Assembly (NCBI GenBank): GCA_028534125.1
Contig: CM052832.1
Span: 5,954,001 to 6,018,000, forward strand
Length of the DNA: 64,000 nt
Source of the DNA: Lama glama
Lineage: Eukaryota
Direction: 5' to 3'
Each line of letters opens with the position of its first letter. Position 1 is the first letter of the stretch. This document shows positions 1-13,090 of the stretch, piece by piece. A program made the translations under genes and the position numbers. Under the pieces are notes generated by a model, which had not been told where the DNA came from, searched no databases, and saw only the letters and a program-made list of their open reading frames with translations.

Positions 1-33
1 GCATTGCCAGCATAATCCGTAATCAGAGGTTGA

Positions 34-137
34 AGGAGGGAGGGCGTAGCTCAGTGGTAGAGTGCATGCTTAGCATGCATGAGGTCCTGGGTTCAATCCC
101 CAGTGCCTCCATTAAAAACAAAAAACAGCAAACACAG
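34..137 (+). mobile_element. tRNA-derived SINE (camelid Vic-1-like)
   Basis: A box tagctcagtgg, B box ggttcaatccc, A-rich tail, 12-bp TSD atcagaggttga (22-33, 138-149). Confidence 0.9.
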
Positions 138-1236
138 ATCAGAGGTTGATATTATATAAACAGAATAGGGGAAGCACACATTCTTTGATTAACTATTGAT
201 AAAGACTTAATAATTAGAGTGAACTTTGAGTTTTGCATAATTTCAAACTGAAGAATTTCTGCAGATACAAATGAAGAGCCTCTCTAAGACCTCGCACAAT
301 GTCTACGTATAGTAAGCTTCTCCTTGAGTTTTTAATATTCACATCTTATCCTTAACGATTCATTAATTTAGATCCATTGGTTGCACTTAACGATGCATTC
401 TAAATAGGGGGAAAAATAATAGCAATGGCAATGAGTTATGGCATTGACAAAAATGCACATGTATTTATCTTCATGTTTATGCTTGACTAACGGTAAACAT
501 ACAAAAATAAAAACATGAAATACCCAAAGTGACACAGCTACGCAGAATTAAGTGATCATATTTCACTGAATCTAACATTGTAAGCAACATCATTATTTTT
601 ATGTCCACTAAGAAAGAAGAAGAAAAAACTTGCCAGTTAAACCCTGATGTGCCACTGATTGCACAATACATTCCAATTTCAGAAATATTCAAAGGTGAAA
701 AAAATGCCTATCTTAGAATTGATGGACTGTGGTACAAAAAGTCACACTCAGTATTAGCTGACTGTAAATTCTGAATCTTAATGTGTCCAGTTTATTTATT
801 TGTTTTTAGGAAAGTACTTCTTAGAGAGAAACTGTTAGTTGAGTAAATGACTTCTTTCTAATTAATATAATAGTGATGGCAATTTCTGTTGGTACTTGAA
901 AAAACAGATAGCTGGGTCAAAATTCAACTTCAAGATCTATAAATACACAGACAGTTTAATTCAAGGGGGTGTGGTTCACTGAAAAAGTCCAAAGAAGGAG
1001 AATACTAATTCTAAAGCTGGGTGGCTTTGGGCAAGGCTCCCAAGTACACTGGACCTTGGTTTCTTCATCTGCGGAATGACCAGGTTGGACTAGAATCTCA
1101 TTTCTAGCTCATTTCTCATTTTCCAGCTACTAGCATTTTATGAATCTCTGATTCCGGGTTCATGTCGTCCCACCTCAATGGTCCAAACATCAAGTCGAAA
1201 TGCAACCAACATGGAAAATTCTCTTGAGGGGTATAG

Positions 1237-1355
1237 TTATATAATTTAATTTTTAATTTTTAAGATGTCTATATATACCACCAGTTTGCAAAATTCCTGA
1301 CAATATAACAGCCAGCCCTCCAGAGCCAGTACAAGCCAGTTCCAGCCCCTCACTG
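1237..1355. mobile_element. Terminal fragment of a MER63-like element
   Basis: Same terminal sequence as 18288-18391. Confidence 0.6.
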
Positions 1356-2102
1356 CCTCCTGCCTGCCCCAGGGTCCAACCTTCACCCAAACCCAGCTTT
1401 CAGCTTCTCACTATTCCATCAGTACTGGCATGCAGACGGTAGTACCGATGAATGAGAAAAGAAACCTAGGTTCTGAATGCAGAAACGAGGAAAACAATGA
1501 ACACAAAATCTAAACATTAAATTGTCCTGAGGGACATCAGCAATATACAGACAGTACTGAAAGAAAAAATTTTCAAATGTGAATGTGACCGAGGCCAGCT
1601 CGCCTGGACACTCGCCTGGTCAAAGGGTTTACTTGTTTCTAGTGAACAGCGGCCGCAGTCCGTGCTGGGTCCTACCTTACACGGAAAATCCAGAGTTATT
1701 CTTTGAAAAGGATGCTTAAATTACCTTTATGCTATTTACTGACTTCTGGTTCTACAGAGAGTTCAATTTATCAACAAAATTGTGCAGCTTCATAAAATCC
1801 CTCACTTCTATAAACCCTTGGGGATGGTGGCAGAAAAACACTTTGTTGGAAAGAACTGTCCCTGGCTACTTAAATCAAGATCCGGGCCTGCAGTGGAGGG
1901 ATATAAAAAAAGTAAGCAATGATCCTGACAGAATCATGCTGCAACAGTGTATATTTATCCTGGGACGGACGCATAATATCCACCACTTGTTTGACAACAG
2001 TTTGTCACAGGTACCAAAAGTTAAAGTAAAAAAGGATGAAAGAAAAAACAGCACTGAGGACATTTGTATGCCTTGTTGTTCTGTGAATTCGGGAAATCTA
2101 TC

Positions 2103-3242
2103 TGCTCTACTCTTAGTGGGCAAGCAATACAGAATTTGATGTCTATTGGATTTGGCCAAAGGCATTGTGTCCTGAAGTGAGTTTCTGTGAATCAAGGGTC
2201 TATAAAAGACTAAGGGGTCCCCTGGTCCAATCAGCTTGGGAAACACTGTGCACCGCCATCACCACCCCCTCACACACATACATTCACAGAGCAGAGCTCT
2301 GAGAGCTCCTGAAATGACAAGACCATCACCCAGGTTTTACCAGATCTACTTGATCATCAAAAGTGCTTTGGGGGGATTTAAGGCTGCTATTCAAAGACAG
2401 TGTGTTATCGTGGAATACATTAATCTCTCCAGATTCAGGCTTTACATGCCTTTGTGGGACCCCCTACCCCATGCCAGTCCTGTGCTAATACCTTCCTGGG
2501 AGCTCCTTTAATTCACCCACACCGTGCCCCCAGGTAGCCCAGTAGAGAGTCATAGTCCTGGCCTTCGTGTGTCCTGAAAGAAGGAGGCAGTGGACAGGCA
2601 GACTTTCCGAGTCAGAATTACCCTGCAACAGGACGTGATGCTCAGGGTGGAGAGGGAGGGAAGGCAGGCACAGATGCCGGGCGGGCGTTCAGAAGTCTGG
2701 GCTGATCACCAGGGAGAGAACCACAGACTCCGAAATGGAGAATCAAAGGGAGGAAAAGAAAACAAGGCGCCAAAGAACTCTGCTTGAGGCAATTTTTGTT
2801 AAGCAGGTAACCAAGTAGCTACCTGACATTTACAAGGAAACTCCCTCCGCTTCTACGCCAGCCACCCGATGAAGGCAGCTCCGCATCTTGTTCCCAAAGG
2901 ATATGAAAGGAGCCTTATTTCAGAAATAAAAGCAGGAAGCAATCTGGAGTGACAGCTTCTCGGGAAGTAGAAAAGTTCCAAATCCCTCGTCCCCCTTCCC
3001 ACAACCTGCCTCTCTCTGCGCGTCCTTACGAAGGATGTGAATTGCCTACTATCATCCACTTTTGCTTTTCTCTTAATAATACACAGCCGTTCTAGGTGGC
3101 CGAGTGGAAGCCAGGCTCCCTGCTCTAACGTCGTGTCAACTTCAAAGAGAGAGAGAGAGAAGATCTGGTTTGCTCTACTCTTAGTGGGCAAGCAATACGG
3201 AATTTGATGTCTATTGGATTTGGCCCAAGGCATTGTGTCCTG
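2103..3242 (+). repeat. Pair of 72-bp direct repeats (2103-2174 and 3171-3242)
   Basis: 70/72 identical by eye. Confidence 0.95.
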
Positions 3243-6200
3243 CCCTCAGAGGCTTCAAGGGAAATGCAGCTTCAGCCCAAAGTCCCAGAGGGACTGCCTC
3301 TCGGGGTTTGGCTCTTTGGAGAAGTCACAGCAATAAGCATCTCCCACACCACTGCCTGTGCTCTGAGCCCTAATGACAAGGAGTCAGCAGAGCACAAGGC
3401 TTAGTCTCTCAGCCCCAGAGGAAGCAGGCTGCACCTAGTGGAAAAATTGGGTTATCATTGGGAGGTAAACCCAGAAGGACATTTCTCTGTCCCCAGCATC
3501 CAGCAGAGCACAAGGTGTATACCAGACACTCCATAAACATCTGGTGGATAAATGAATAAAGGTGTGAATGGTGCCAGCTTCTCAAGTTTTTGTTTTAAAA
3601 TCACAGGGCAATGTTCCTGTCTTAGAGGAGCACATGAGCCCATTTGCAAGGCTAGATCATTTTGGAACCTGGTGATTGAAGTAAAAATGCACCCAGGCTA
3701 ATGGACCTCCACCTTGTTGTACCACCGGGAGCCTGGTGTGTAAAAGGATGCAAGGTCCTCTCTCGGCTCAGCGGGAAAGAACGCACTGCCAGATTGGCCA
3801 TGTCTGCCACGGGTATGACAGGGCAGGTGTCTTTCCATGCCGTGTTCACAGAGTCGGAAATCATAAAGCACTGTTTCCCTGGACAGACCCAGAACTCGCT
3901 GGCTGTTTTTAAACGCCACCTCCTATTTGTCCCATGTTCCTTTGTACCTGGAGCTGAGTTTCTAAATGAGTTGGCATTCAAAAGTACAATTAATCTTCCC
4001 TGGGTCCTGGAATGTATCTCTGATACCAGGTGCTAGAGGAGTTGCAGCAGGTGACTCACATGGACGGAGTGCTCCCCGCCTGTCTGGACACGCTGAGTGA
4101 GGGCTGGCATCCAGACTGTCAAAGGAATTAGTAGGACGTACAGCCTGGGAGCTGTAACCACAGTCAGGCAGGAAGGAATGCACGGAAAGGCGTGATCTCT
4201 CAAACCTCTTCATGCAAAACACCCCCAGGTGAGCTGGGTGGAAACGTTTGTAAACCAAGGGGACACTTTCCCAAAGTGCTCCTGGCCACTGAACTTCACC
4301 CCAAGGTGAGAGGGAGGACCTAGTCTCACTCGCCAGCTGACTTTTTAGACAGCACCTCACCTCGTATTCCTTGGCCAATCCCACTGATGGGAAGGACCGA
4401 TTCAGAAAGGTTAACTGGAGGATGAGGAACGTAAGAGTTAAGTGACCCACTTTTGGGGGGACATGTGTGTGTTTGTTTTGCTCCCCTCAGCCTAATTTTG
4501 TAACTGCATATAATTAGAACTCTGATTACACAGCCAGGGCTAACCAAGATGTTTGGGTGTTTCTTGGCCTCAGCAACAGAATGTACTCACTGGTTCATTG
4601 GATTAGCTGTTAGACACAAAGGATCTGCTGGAATCATGAACACCTCACCCTTGGCTATTTTAGATCGCGTCTAGCCAGGTCTCTGTGTAGCTCAGTAGCT
4701 CCTCTGAGAACTGCAGTCTGAATTCAAATTCTGATAAGTTTGAAGAATCACATAATCTCAGTTGGAAAGCTTCCAGCGTCTCACCAGCTATCTTGACATT
4801 TATATGATTTTAAAGAAACTGGTATGTCAAGCAACTGCTCTGGTCCATAAAGAAAGTTCGCTGGAGGGCAGACACTGAAAATACAGCCCCTGAGGATGCA
4901 CACTGTAGAGCTCCCACAATTGTCCTCAGAGCATAAGGAACGTAGCCTGCCGAACAGCAGAGTGTTGGCCACTCAGAACGAGGGGAGATGCCTTTGCAGA
5001 AAGGTTTTAGCAGTAACTGGAGGAACTGTTTACTTTGAAGTTGACATAAAGACAGCTTTGTCAGCCCTAGTAAGAGAAGAAGCTACTATAATTCTACCTA
5101 ATAAGACTTAAAAAGGAGGGGGGGAAAAACCCCAAAACCCCTAGCTTTACACTCAGCCTAAAGGAAGCGAATTGAAAGCTAGTTTGCTCATCCAGTTTAT
5201 CAAGCAAAGGAGAGGGTCACAGAGAGTCTAATTGCCTGACAAGGTGCTTTGAACTTTCACTCGTAGGAGTGAGCCATTTACAGCCTGGCAAATGACTTCT
5301 TGAAGAAAAACAAACGTAAAAGAGACTTCGGAAATACTCCAGCCACGAGCTGGCCAATCTCGAATAACGCTAGGGAAGCTTCCAGCAGAATCAAGCCCTC
5401 CAGAAAGTCCCATCATAAATCACACACTTTCCCCAGTCTGGAATACAGGAACAACCTTGTCTTCACGGGAAAAGAGGGGCTGGGGTGGCATGTGTACTCA
5501 CGGCATCCATCCGGGAGACCAAGCAGCCCAGCGGGAGGGTCGGCGCCGGCTGCCCCCGCCGCGCCCCCCATCACGGGCCCGCCCCGGCGCCTCCCACGGT
5601 CCCCGTCCCCGTCTTCGCCATGTCTGAAAGGGAAGTAAGTCCAGGAGGCTCCCCCGTGCAAACCAGCCACCTGCGGTGAGAAGCCAAGGTGAGAACTGGA
5701 ACCCTGCCCTGGGTTCCCAGGCTTGTGTAAGTCTGTGATTCACCGCGCAGCGGGTCCGTCCGACACGCCTAAGAGAAATTACAGGTTTCTCTCGTCTGAT
5801 GCAAACCCATTCGAGTGAGTCACTTGTTTGTCCTTCCGTTGCTGCTCTTCATCTCGGAGGGTCATGAGACTCTGTTGCATGTACTGCATGGGGCCGATCA
5901 GAACGCGGTGCGGGGTGGTTGGGGGTGGGGGTGGGGGTGGGGGTGGGGCGGGTAAAATGCAAGGTTGTGTCCCTGCGGTTGATGATTTAAAGGCCATCAC
6001 ATTTTTGCCTGTACTGACGTTGAACTTGGAAAACACTGGCGAGGACATCGAGCAGTACGTTGTGATCCAATCCCTACCTTAATACCAAAGAGATTTTTGT
6101 TTTATTTTTTAATGACTGGGGAACCCAGACATATTCTCTGTCTGAGTGGCACAGTCCCCGCTTGTGGGAGACTCCCCACGATCGTGGACCTGGGCCAGGG

Positions 6201-7087
6201 CAGCCTGGTGGACTGTCCATCTCATCACCGCATAGTCCCACACACTCCAATTCTAGCGCCTCCTATTTACATACCTTCCTGGCCCCCCAAATCAGATGAA
6301 AACCTCCATTGAAGTATTACCAGGAGAGATGCTGACAGTAAGGAGAAATAAGTGAAAAGCAGTTTAGTTACAATGTTTGTAGTAAAAAGGATCCAGGAGG
6401 TGACATTTGTGGAAATAGGTCATTCCATTTAGGTCAACAGTTAAGCACTGCATCATTTGGAAATTGGAAAAGCCAGTATCATCAAACCTTTGGTTGTGTA
6501 ATCAAAGGATTTTATTGAACATATTCTATGCACAAGGTACTCCGTTCTGTTCTTTGGACATACAAACGTGAGTGACAGACAGAGTAACAAAAATGAGTAA
6601 TCCTGTCCCCAAAGGTTTACGGTCTTATCTGGGAAAGAAAATACATGCCCACAACAACAACAACAAAAAGTAAAAGTAAATACAGAATATTACATAGTAA
6701 ATGTTGGCTGTGACATGAACAGCACAGGTGATAAATATTATAGGAAATCAGGTGGGGAGAACTAGCACTTCTGATTGGACCGATCAGGGAAGACTTCACA
6801 GAGAAGGCAAAAGGTGATGCAGAGCTCCGACGGCGCTCTGGATGTACGTCTGCGCTATGATGTACACCCCTTCTGAGACAGGGAACCGTGTATCACAACT
6901 CTGGTAACACTGAATGAAAAGATCGTTCAGCAACTTTTGCTGGCCGATAGCCCTGATGTGAAACAGACTGAACCCAGTGCTTCATACTTTTATTTAAATG
7001 CAATGAACTAGCTCCCGTGAGAGAGTGCCTCACCCAAACTCATGCAGTCGGCGATGGCGGAGTGCTGGCTTGTGTTTGTATGAGGGT

Positions 7088-7106
7088 TTGTGTGTGTGTG
7101 TGTGTG
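7088..7106. repeat. (TG)n microsatellite
   Basis: tgtgtgtgtgtgtgtgtg. Confidence 0.85.
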
Positions 7107-7699
7107 CGCATGAACTCACAGATACTCTAATAAATAAACAGCTATAACCATTTAGCTCCATGAGATTCTATCCTCCTTTTAATATAATGACTCTGGATAA
7201 GTGGCATGTCTTCATCCTGAAATCTCTGCATTGAGAAAACCAGGACTGTGTCTATCCCATTCCGTTCCCTTGAAGAGAGTCTACACATATACTGGGAAAT
7301 GTGAAACTAAAACCTTTCTGACTTCACTTGAAAAGGATGCAGTTGACCCAAGATGAGCAAAGCCACTGAAAAGATGGCTCGTTCTCCAGGTTGGTGCATT
7401 TTTCTACTTTCCCATTGACCTCTTTATTATATTTTCGCTTTCTTAAACTTCTCTCCTTAGAGGAAGTTTTTGTCGTTAAAAACAAAAAAAAAAAAAAGGA
7501 GAGTGAGACTCCGCTCATTGACAAAGTGAGTCTCATTGTCCCAGTTGTAAGGTAACATCATTAATACTGGCTTCTAGGTAGGATAACAAGGGACTACATG
7601 TGGCTTCTTTTCCTTTATCCACTAATTTTCTTCTGCTGCATCTGCTTGTGTGCTTGCTTAATAAAGGAGCTTTCATTATTTTTTTTTCTAGAAGGGCAT

Positions 7700-8100
7700 T
7701 CACCTATAATACTGTTCTCCTATCAGGTGGCTCCTGGTTTGAATGTTGTATTTGTTTACATACAAGGTTAAGAAAATGAGTGGCTCACTACCTGAAATAT
7801 GATATTTCTCCTTCCTCAGCGCAGGTTTCAAAACATCATGTTGTTGGTGGGGGTTGATCTGACACTGAGTAGACAGGGCGGCGGTCAGTGGCTCCATGGT
7901 CTTGAGGAGAAAGTCCACGACTGGGAGCCAGCGGACTGGGGTTCCTGCCTTTGGCTCAAGCCTTGACCTAGGCTTCAGTCTTCTTCACATAAACATCTGG
8001 TTCAAAAGCTCTACGCTTTTCACGTGGCTCACAGCCAAAGAAGTTGCGTCTAAGCCCAAGCCAGGCCACCATGCAATCAATTTAAATTTGAAGGGTGGAA
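7700..8100 (-). promoter_or_regulatory. Candidate promoter / non-coding first exon of ADGRF4 (GPR115)
   Basis: Inferred from synteny only (ADGRF4 starts just downstream of ADGRF2); repeat-free segment with TATA-like TTTAAA at 8081-8086 and donor-like sites near 7790 and 7703; no coding exon seen. Confidence 0.25.
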
Positions 8101-8899
8101 CATACTGACAGTTGGATTCCTTTTGTCCAGAGAACCAGCAATGACCTACTTAGAGTCAGCCCAACTGTTGGTGGCTATTCATGAGGGCCCTCCCTCAGCA
8201 ACCCACAGAATCCAGCTAGGTGGCATCGCGGGCCACCATTGCCACGAAGAGCCAGAGCTCTCTTCCTGAGGATGAACATGATCCAACTGTGTGGAGCTGG
8301 AGGCCCCTACAAGACCAAGGTCCTGCCGTCCCCTTGAAGATGCCCAGGACGATTGTACACAGAGACGGAGGGTGGGGGAGATACATGTGGCAGCGCAGCA
8401 CAGCTCAGACAGGGGGCTGTCCATCCTCACGTATTTATGCTTCACGTGCTCCTCCATCAGCACCACTGAGTGGGAGGTTTCCATTACAATCCCCAGAGGC
8501 AAGGAGACAGGAATCAGCGTATTTCTCCTGGGAGCTCTGCCATCCCTGGGATGTATGACCTGGCCAAGAACGAAAGTCACAGCCTTAACATACAAGCAGC
8601 AAGATCCAAAAGCCCCATGACCACGGCATATAGAGTCACTTTTTCTGGAACAACAAGCCCTTTGGGTAGACCCCCCTTGGCAAATGGAGAGTCACTTCCC
8701 CTTAAGTCACTCTGGAATCCAGGGAAAGCCTTGTTCTCTTGGCTGCAAATGCTGAGTTGCAAACCTTGTCTGTCTCAAAGCTGGACCACGTCCTTTCCTC
8801 CTGGCAAAGACTTCTTTCTTTGTACCAGGCCCTGGGGCTGCTGCAGAGGGTCCCAGTCACAGAGGCCGCTGGAGCCGGGAAGTACTGGGGTGGGGGGCA

Positions 8900-9120
8900 G
8901 AGTCTCTCGACATCTCTCTCTGTGTCTCTGTCACTCTGTGTGTCTCTGTGTGAGTCTCAGTCTGTGTGTGTGTTGCTCTCTCTGTTTATTTCTGTATTTC
9001 TCTGGGTCTCTCTCTCTCTGCAACCCTCAGCCTCTCTCTGCATCTCTCTGTCTGGCTGTGAAGCTAGGGGTCCCAGAGTGGGGTCCCTGTCTCCCTGTCT
9101 GGTCTTCTCTCTCTGGATCT
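8900..9120. repeat. Degenerate (CT)/(GT) low-complexity tract
   Basis: tctctctctgtgtctctgtc... composition. Confidence 0.85.
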
Positions 9121-9798
9121 TGAGGGACATGCAGACAGAGGATTGGAAGACCTGTTTGTGCATGTCCGTGTATCTGGGCAGCTCTCTGCCCACTCCGAGC
9201 TGCCATACCACGTCACTAAGTGTCCCCATCTGTCTGATTCCCTCTTGGCTCCCTTCTCTCTGTTTCTCTCCGTGTCTCTGCCTGTCTCACAGACCCTACC
9301 TTAAATGCGAATTAACTTCTACATTATCTCCAAGGCCTCTCACAGATAGCGTTCATCATAATTCCTTGACCTTTTCACACTAGGGAGAAGAGAGAGGCCA
9401 CAGTGGGAAATCTGGGGATGTCAATATGATGGAGGATGTCCAGGGGGCTAGAGAGGAGGGGGAGAGGGAGCAGCCATGTAGAGGAGATGCCTCTGCTCCC
9501 TTCCCTCTGAAATACACTCAGGCTGGAGTGCAAGCATCCTCAGACAGGCCTGACGCTTTTACAGGGTCAATAAAAGTTTTCAGAAGCCCAAGAATTAGAA
9601 GTGTGCCTGTCTCTCTAACCGTAGCTAGCTGAGAGTAGATTGTATAAGGAGAATCCTTTCAATCAAGAAAAATCATTTCTAACTAGAATGCATCAAACTG
9701 TGATTTTTTTTGTAAAGAAATGTCATATACATGCCATGTATGTGGGGACCCCACTGGCTTATCACTCACCTCCCAAGTTAGGAGTGTGGCTGGGTTTG

Positions 9799-9846
9799 TT
9801 AGCTTGGTCCTTTGGTGGGGTGACGAGAGAAGTCAGAAGAAAGGTT
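9799..9846 (-). CDS. ADGRF2: ADGRF2 probable terminal coding exon
   Basis: tgtcttccacag acceptor then NLSSDFSRHPTKGPS-TAA in phase 0; Ser-rich GPCR tail. Confidence 0.75.
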   Translation of the reverse strand, partial: NLSSDFSRHPTKGPS

Positions 9847-9927
9847 CTGTGGAAGACAAAGGATAATTGGATTTGTCATTAGTGGTCTGTTTTCGATTAT
9901 CACAATTACTCGAAGCACATGGAGAAT

Positions 9928-10337
9928 TATTTCACTAAACACAGTATTACACAGTATTATACAGTATATACTGTATTTAGATTCCACACATAAGTGAACT
10001 GTAATATTGTATATCACTTATATGTGGAATCTAAACAATAATACAAATGAATGTATAGAGCAAAACAGAAACTGAGTCACAGATACAGAGAATAAACTAG
10101 TGTTACCAGTGGGGAGAGGGGTGGGGGAGGGGCAAGATAGGGGTCGGGGAGTAAGAGATACAAACTGCTGGGTATAAAATCAACAAGCTACAACGGCAAG
10201 TAAACAGCACAGGGAACGTAGCCATTATTTTGTAATAACTTTAACTGGAGTGTAATCTATAGAAATACTGAATCACTATGTTGTACCCCTGAACCTAATA
10301 TTGTAAATTAACTATATCTCAATTTTTTTTAAAAAAA
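9928..10337 (+). mobile_element. 5'-truncated L1 (3' end) with rearranged 5' junction
   Basis: L1 3' UTR motifs (tcacttatatgtggaatctaaa, G-rich tract, ctgaatcactatgttgtac), A tail; imperfect TSD aagcacatggagaat / aagcacgtgaagaat. Confidence 0.85.
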
Positions 10338-11014
10338 AAGCACGTGAAGAATCGCGACCTACAGCAGACTACTTCATGCTTTCACTTCACCCCTCTCCTT
10401 CATTATATTAGAACCACTGACAATATGGAAACAGGCTGGTGTGAGAGATTCCCCTTTCTCCATGGCCGGACCTGGATCCCGCTTCTTCTGAAGGAGTCTC
10501 TAGTTTGGGAGGGAGATGGAGAGGAGGTGGTTGAGTGCCATGGGGAAAAAGAGAAACGTGAAAACGACCCCCAGCCCTCAAACAGCTCCTTCTCAGCGGG
10601 TCTGCTGAAATCCTCCACAGTCCAGTCGTCCCCTTGGGATGCACCTGGGTCTGAAGTATCCTTGTGTTTCAGGCATATGGTGTGGATTGGTAACACATTC
10701 CCCCACTGGTGGGGTCACCACCACACCAACATAGACCTGTTCATCCCAGTGGATATAAAATGAATGCGGACAAGAACATTTACTATCCTGGGCTTGGGGA
10801 GTGGAACTGACACTCCCCAGGCAGGTGCCCCAAGGAGAAAGAGTTACATGTGGACTGTAGGAGATTGCTACCTGGAGCAGCCTGCAGAGTAGGAGAGGGG
10901 AGGACAGATGATAGTCTACTTCCTCTGCGTAGGGCTGATAAAGCTGATTTTCCACTACTGGGCGGAGAAAAGGTAGGGCCGTAAGAAGTTAGGATAAACT
11001 TGCCAAGGACCTAG

Positions 11015-11280
11015 GCTAGTGGTTCTTTACCCTGACAGCATGTTAGAACCACTGGGGAGCTTTAAAAAAAAAAAAAAAAAACTAGGTACACCAAAAGCTG
11101 TCACAACATTATAAACTGACTATACTTCAGTTTTAAATAAAGAAAATTAAAAAATAAATGACTCAGCCCTACCCCAAGAGTTTCTGGTGTAACTTTTCTT
11201 GGGTGGAGCCTGGAAGGTGGTATTTTTTAAAAGCTCTCTAGGTGTTTCCGAGGTGCAGCCAGCGTGGAAAAACCACTGAC
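11015..11280. mobile_element. MER5-like element interrupted by a poly(A) run and a very short L1 3' end (about 11083-11140)
   Basis: tagtggttct ... aaccactg inverted termini; inserted tacacc...caacattataaactgactatacttca L1 terminus. Confidence 0.7.
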
Positions 11281-11589
11281 TCAGACAGTCAACAAACTGA
11301 TAATGAAGTTCTGGGTACAATCCTGACTTAGCTTGCAGGTAACAACACAAGGGGAAGTGGGCAAAATAACTATTTTCCATAGCCCTGAAGAGCAGGATCT
11401 CCCTGGGGTGGCTGGCTGCCCGGATCAGTACTGAGATCACAAGAGAAAAGCCGGAAGGGACTGGAAGAGCCAGGTCTCTCTCCTGAGAGCACGGTGGCCC
11501 ACCCAGGGGAGGTGGTAAAAGACTCTTACCTCAGGTAGGCTGGGTGGAGGAAATACATTGCTAAGATATTTCAGAAGGCTTAGATGAAT

Positions 11590-11760
11590 AGATCTCAACC
11601 CCGACTACCTTAGAACCAATTGGAGAGCTTGCAAAACTCCCCAAACCCAAGTCACACTGCACACCAGTCCAATTAGACTGTGTGGGGAGGGGGACCGGGC
11701 AGTGTATTTTATAAGTTTCACGGTTGATTCTGATACTCAGCCAAGATTCAGAACCACTGC
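11590..11760. mobile_element. MER5-like element
   Basis: tctcaacc...ttagaacca...gattctgat...cagccaag...agaaccactg. Confidence 0.65.
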
Positions 11761-12785
11761 TTTAGATCGTTATTAATGTTTATTCTTAGTAAAACTTGGT
11801 TGGTTTGTGTGTTTGTTTGTTTCCAGCTGGAAAGGATGAGGGCCATCAGCAATCGCCTAGGTATGGAGACGGAGGACTGGGAACAAGGCCAAAGCTTCGG
11901 GAAGAGTAAGGCTAAAGGGGACAGAAAGCAGAGAAGAGGAGGGTAAAAAAATCAAACGGGAGGAAACAGAAAGGAAAGGAATGCAGGGAGGGGGCAGTGC
12001 TGGTACTTGGGGCCACAGGGTGTCCAGTCCCCGGGGACCCGGCCCTGCTCCCTCCAGACCTCCTGCGATGCCAGTCCACGCAGGCCACGTGGTTCCCGTC
12101 AGACGCTGGCGTGGGAAATCTAGATCACCTCTCCTCTCATTACTGGGTTTGTTCCCTGGATCAACCCTGAATTTCCTTTTGCTGCCACTTGAAAATTTCC
12201 CCTCACTCGGAACAGCAGGAGGGTCACACCTCTGCATAACAATGGTTTCTAAGTTAGAGGAAGTGAAGATACTTGAAAGGGCTTGTATCCTGTCCCTGAA
12301 CAGGCCCCCAGCCTTCTTTTCAACTCCAGTAACCATGGCAGTGGGCCTTGAGAGTCAAGCTATCAGGAAGATCTTTGTGGAGGGTCAGAATTTGTTTCCC
12401 TGGAACCTGCACACTTTGGATGTGGGTCAGCCCATCAGAGTCTCAGTGAACCAGTCATGGGGACCCGAGACTGTCCACCGCCTCTACTTCCCCTGTTTCA
12501 TCGCCTGCTCTCCTGCTCTGTGGTTTGAGGGTCACTCCTCCAGGCCCTGCCCCCATGTCACTCTCTTCTGACTGCATTTAAATCTACTTGCATCTCTTTG
12601 GATGTGGTCCCTGCACTCCAGGTAGAATCTGAACAGCGTCAGAGAGGCACTCACTCAGCACTGCTGGATAATCCCTGCCCCAAGGTGTTAGGTGATGGTT
12701 TCAGTAACACCTCACATGCCAGAAACTCCGACGTGGCTGTTACCTTGTCAGACTTAAATGCAAGGAGTGAGTGTGCGGGCTTTAC

Positions 12786-12845
12786 CTCTGATGTCCTGGA
12801 GACCCATTTCGCAGAGGTTACTCGATCCTTTAAGGCTTGTCGTAT
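12786..12845 (-). CDS. ADGRF2: ADGRF2 small exon (helix 8 / proximal C-tail)
   Basis: cctacccag acceptor, GAG|gtaaag donor; IRQALKDRVTSAKWVSRTSE; DPK|IRQAL fits the helix-8 pattern; 60 bp phase 0/0. Confidence 0.88.
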
Positions 12846-12959
12846 CTGGGTAGGTAACAAAAGGCACTAAGAATTAAAAGATTATAAGAAACCGACACGT
12901 GTGCTTTGGCCTGGCAAACACTGTGATGAGGGAGTGTTTTATCCAGAATTTAACCCTGT

Positions 12960-13090
12960 AAATGTTGATATTATTATCCCCATGCTACGACTGAGGAAAT
13001 TAAGACTCTGAGATTGAGTGACATCCAGCCAGTCAGCTACTAAGAGGAAGACTGGGGGCCTGAGTTCAAGTCCCCTGACTCTGGACCATC
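12960..13090 (-). mobile_element. MIR fragment (representative; others near 1000-1100, 13860-13960, 14735-14860, 19870-19985, 26030-26135, 44100-44250, 47750-47830)
   Basis: MIR core tattatccccat...gaggaaa.t.agact...gag..t.agtgac. Confidence 0.7.

Noticed and set aside
38..112. tRNA-Ala gene (also at the other four copies)
   Set aside because: A-rich tails, TSDs and divergence between copies indicate SINEs.
8470..9383. Two ORFs over 200 aa on the plus strand
   Set aside because: Explained by the stop-poor CT/GT low-complexity tract; L/S/C/V-biased with no domain.
1..9700. ADGRF4 coding exons
   Set aside because: No signal-peptide or Cys-rich ADGRF4-like exon found; coding sequence probably starts left of the window.
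8179..10955. Minus-strand ORFs at 8179-8595 and 10403-10955 as a possible decayed pseudogene or retroelement
   Set aside because: No recognisable protein motif, poly(A) tail or TSD; a tblastx/HMM search would be needed.
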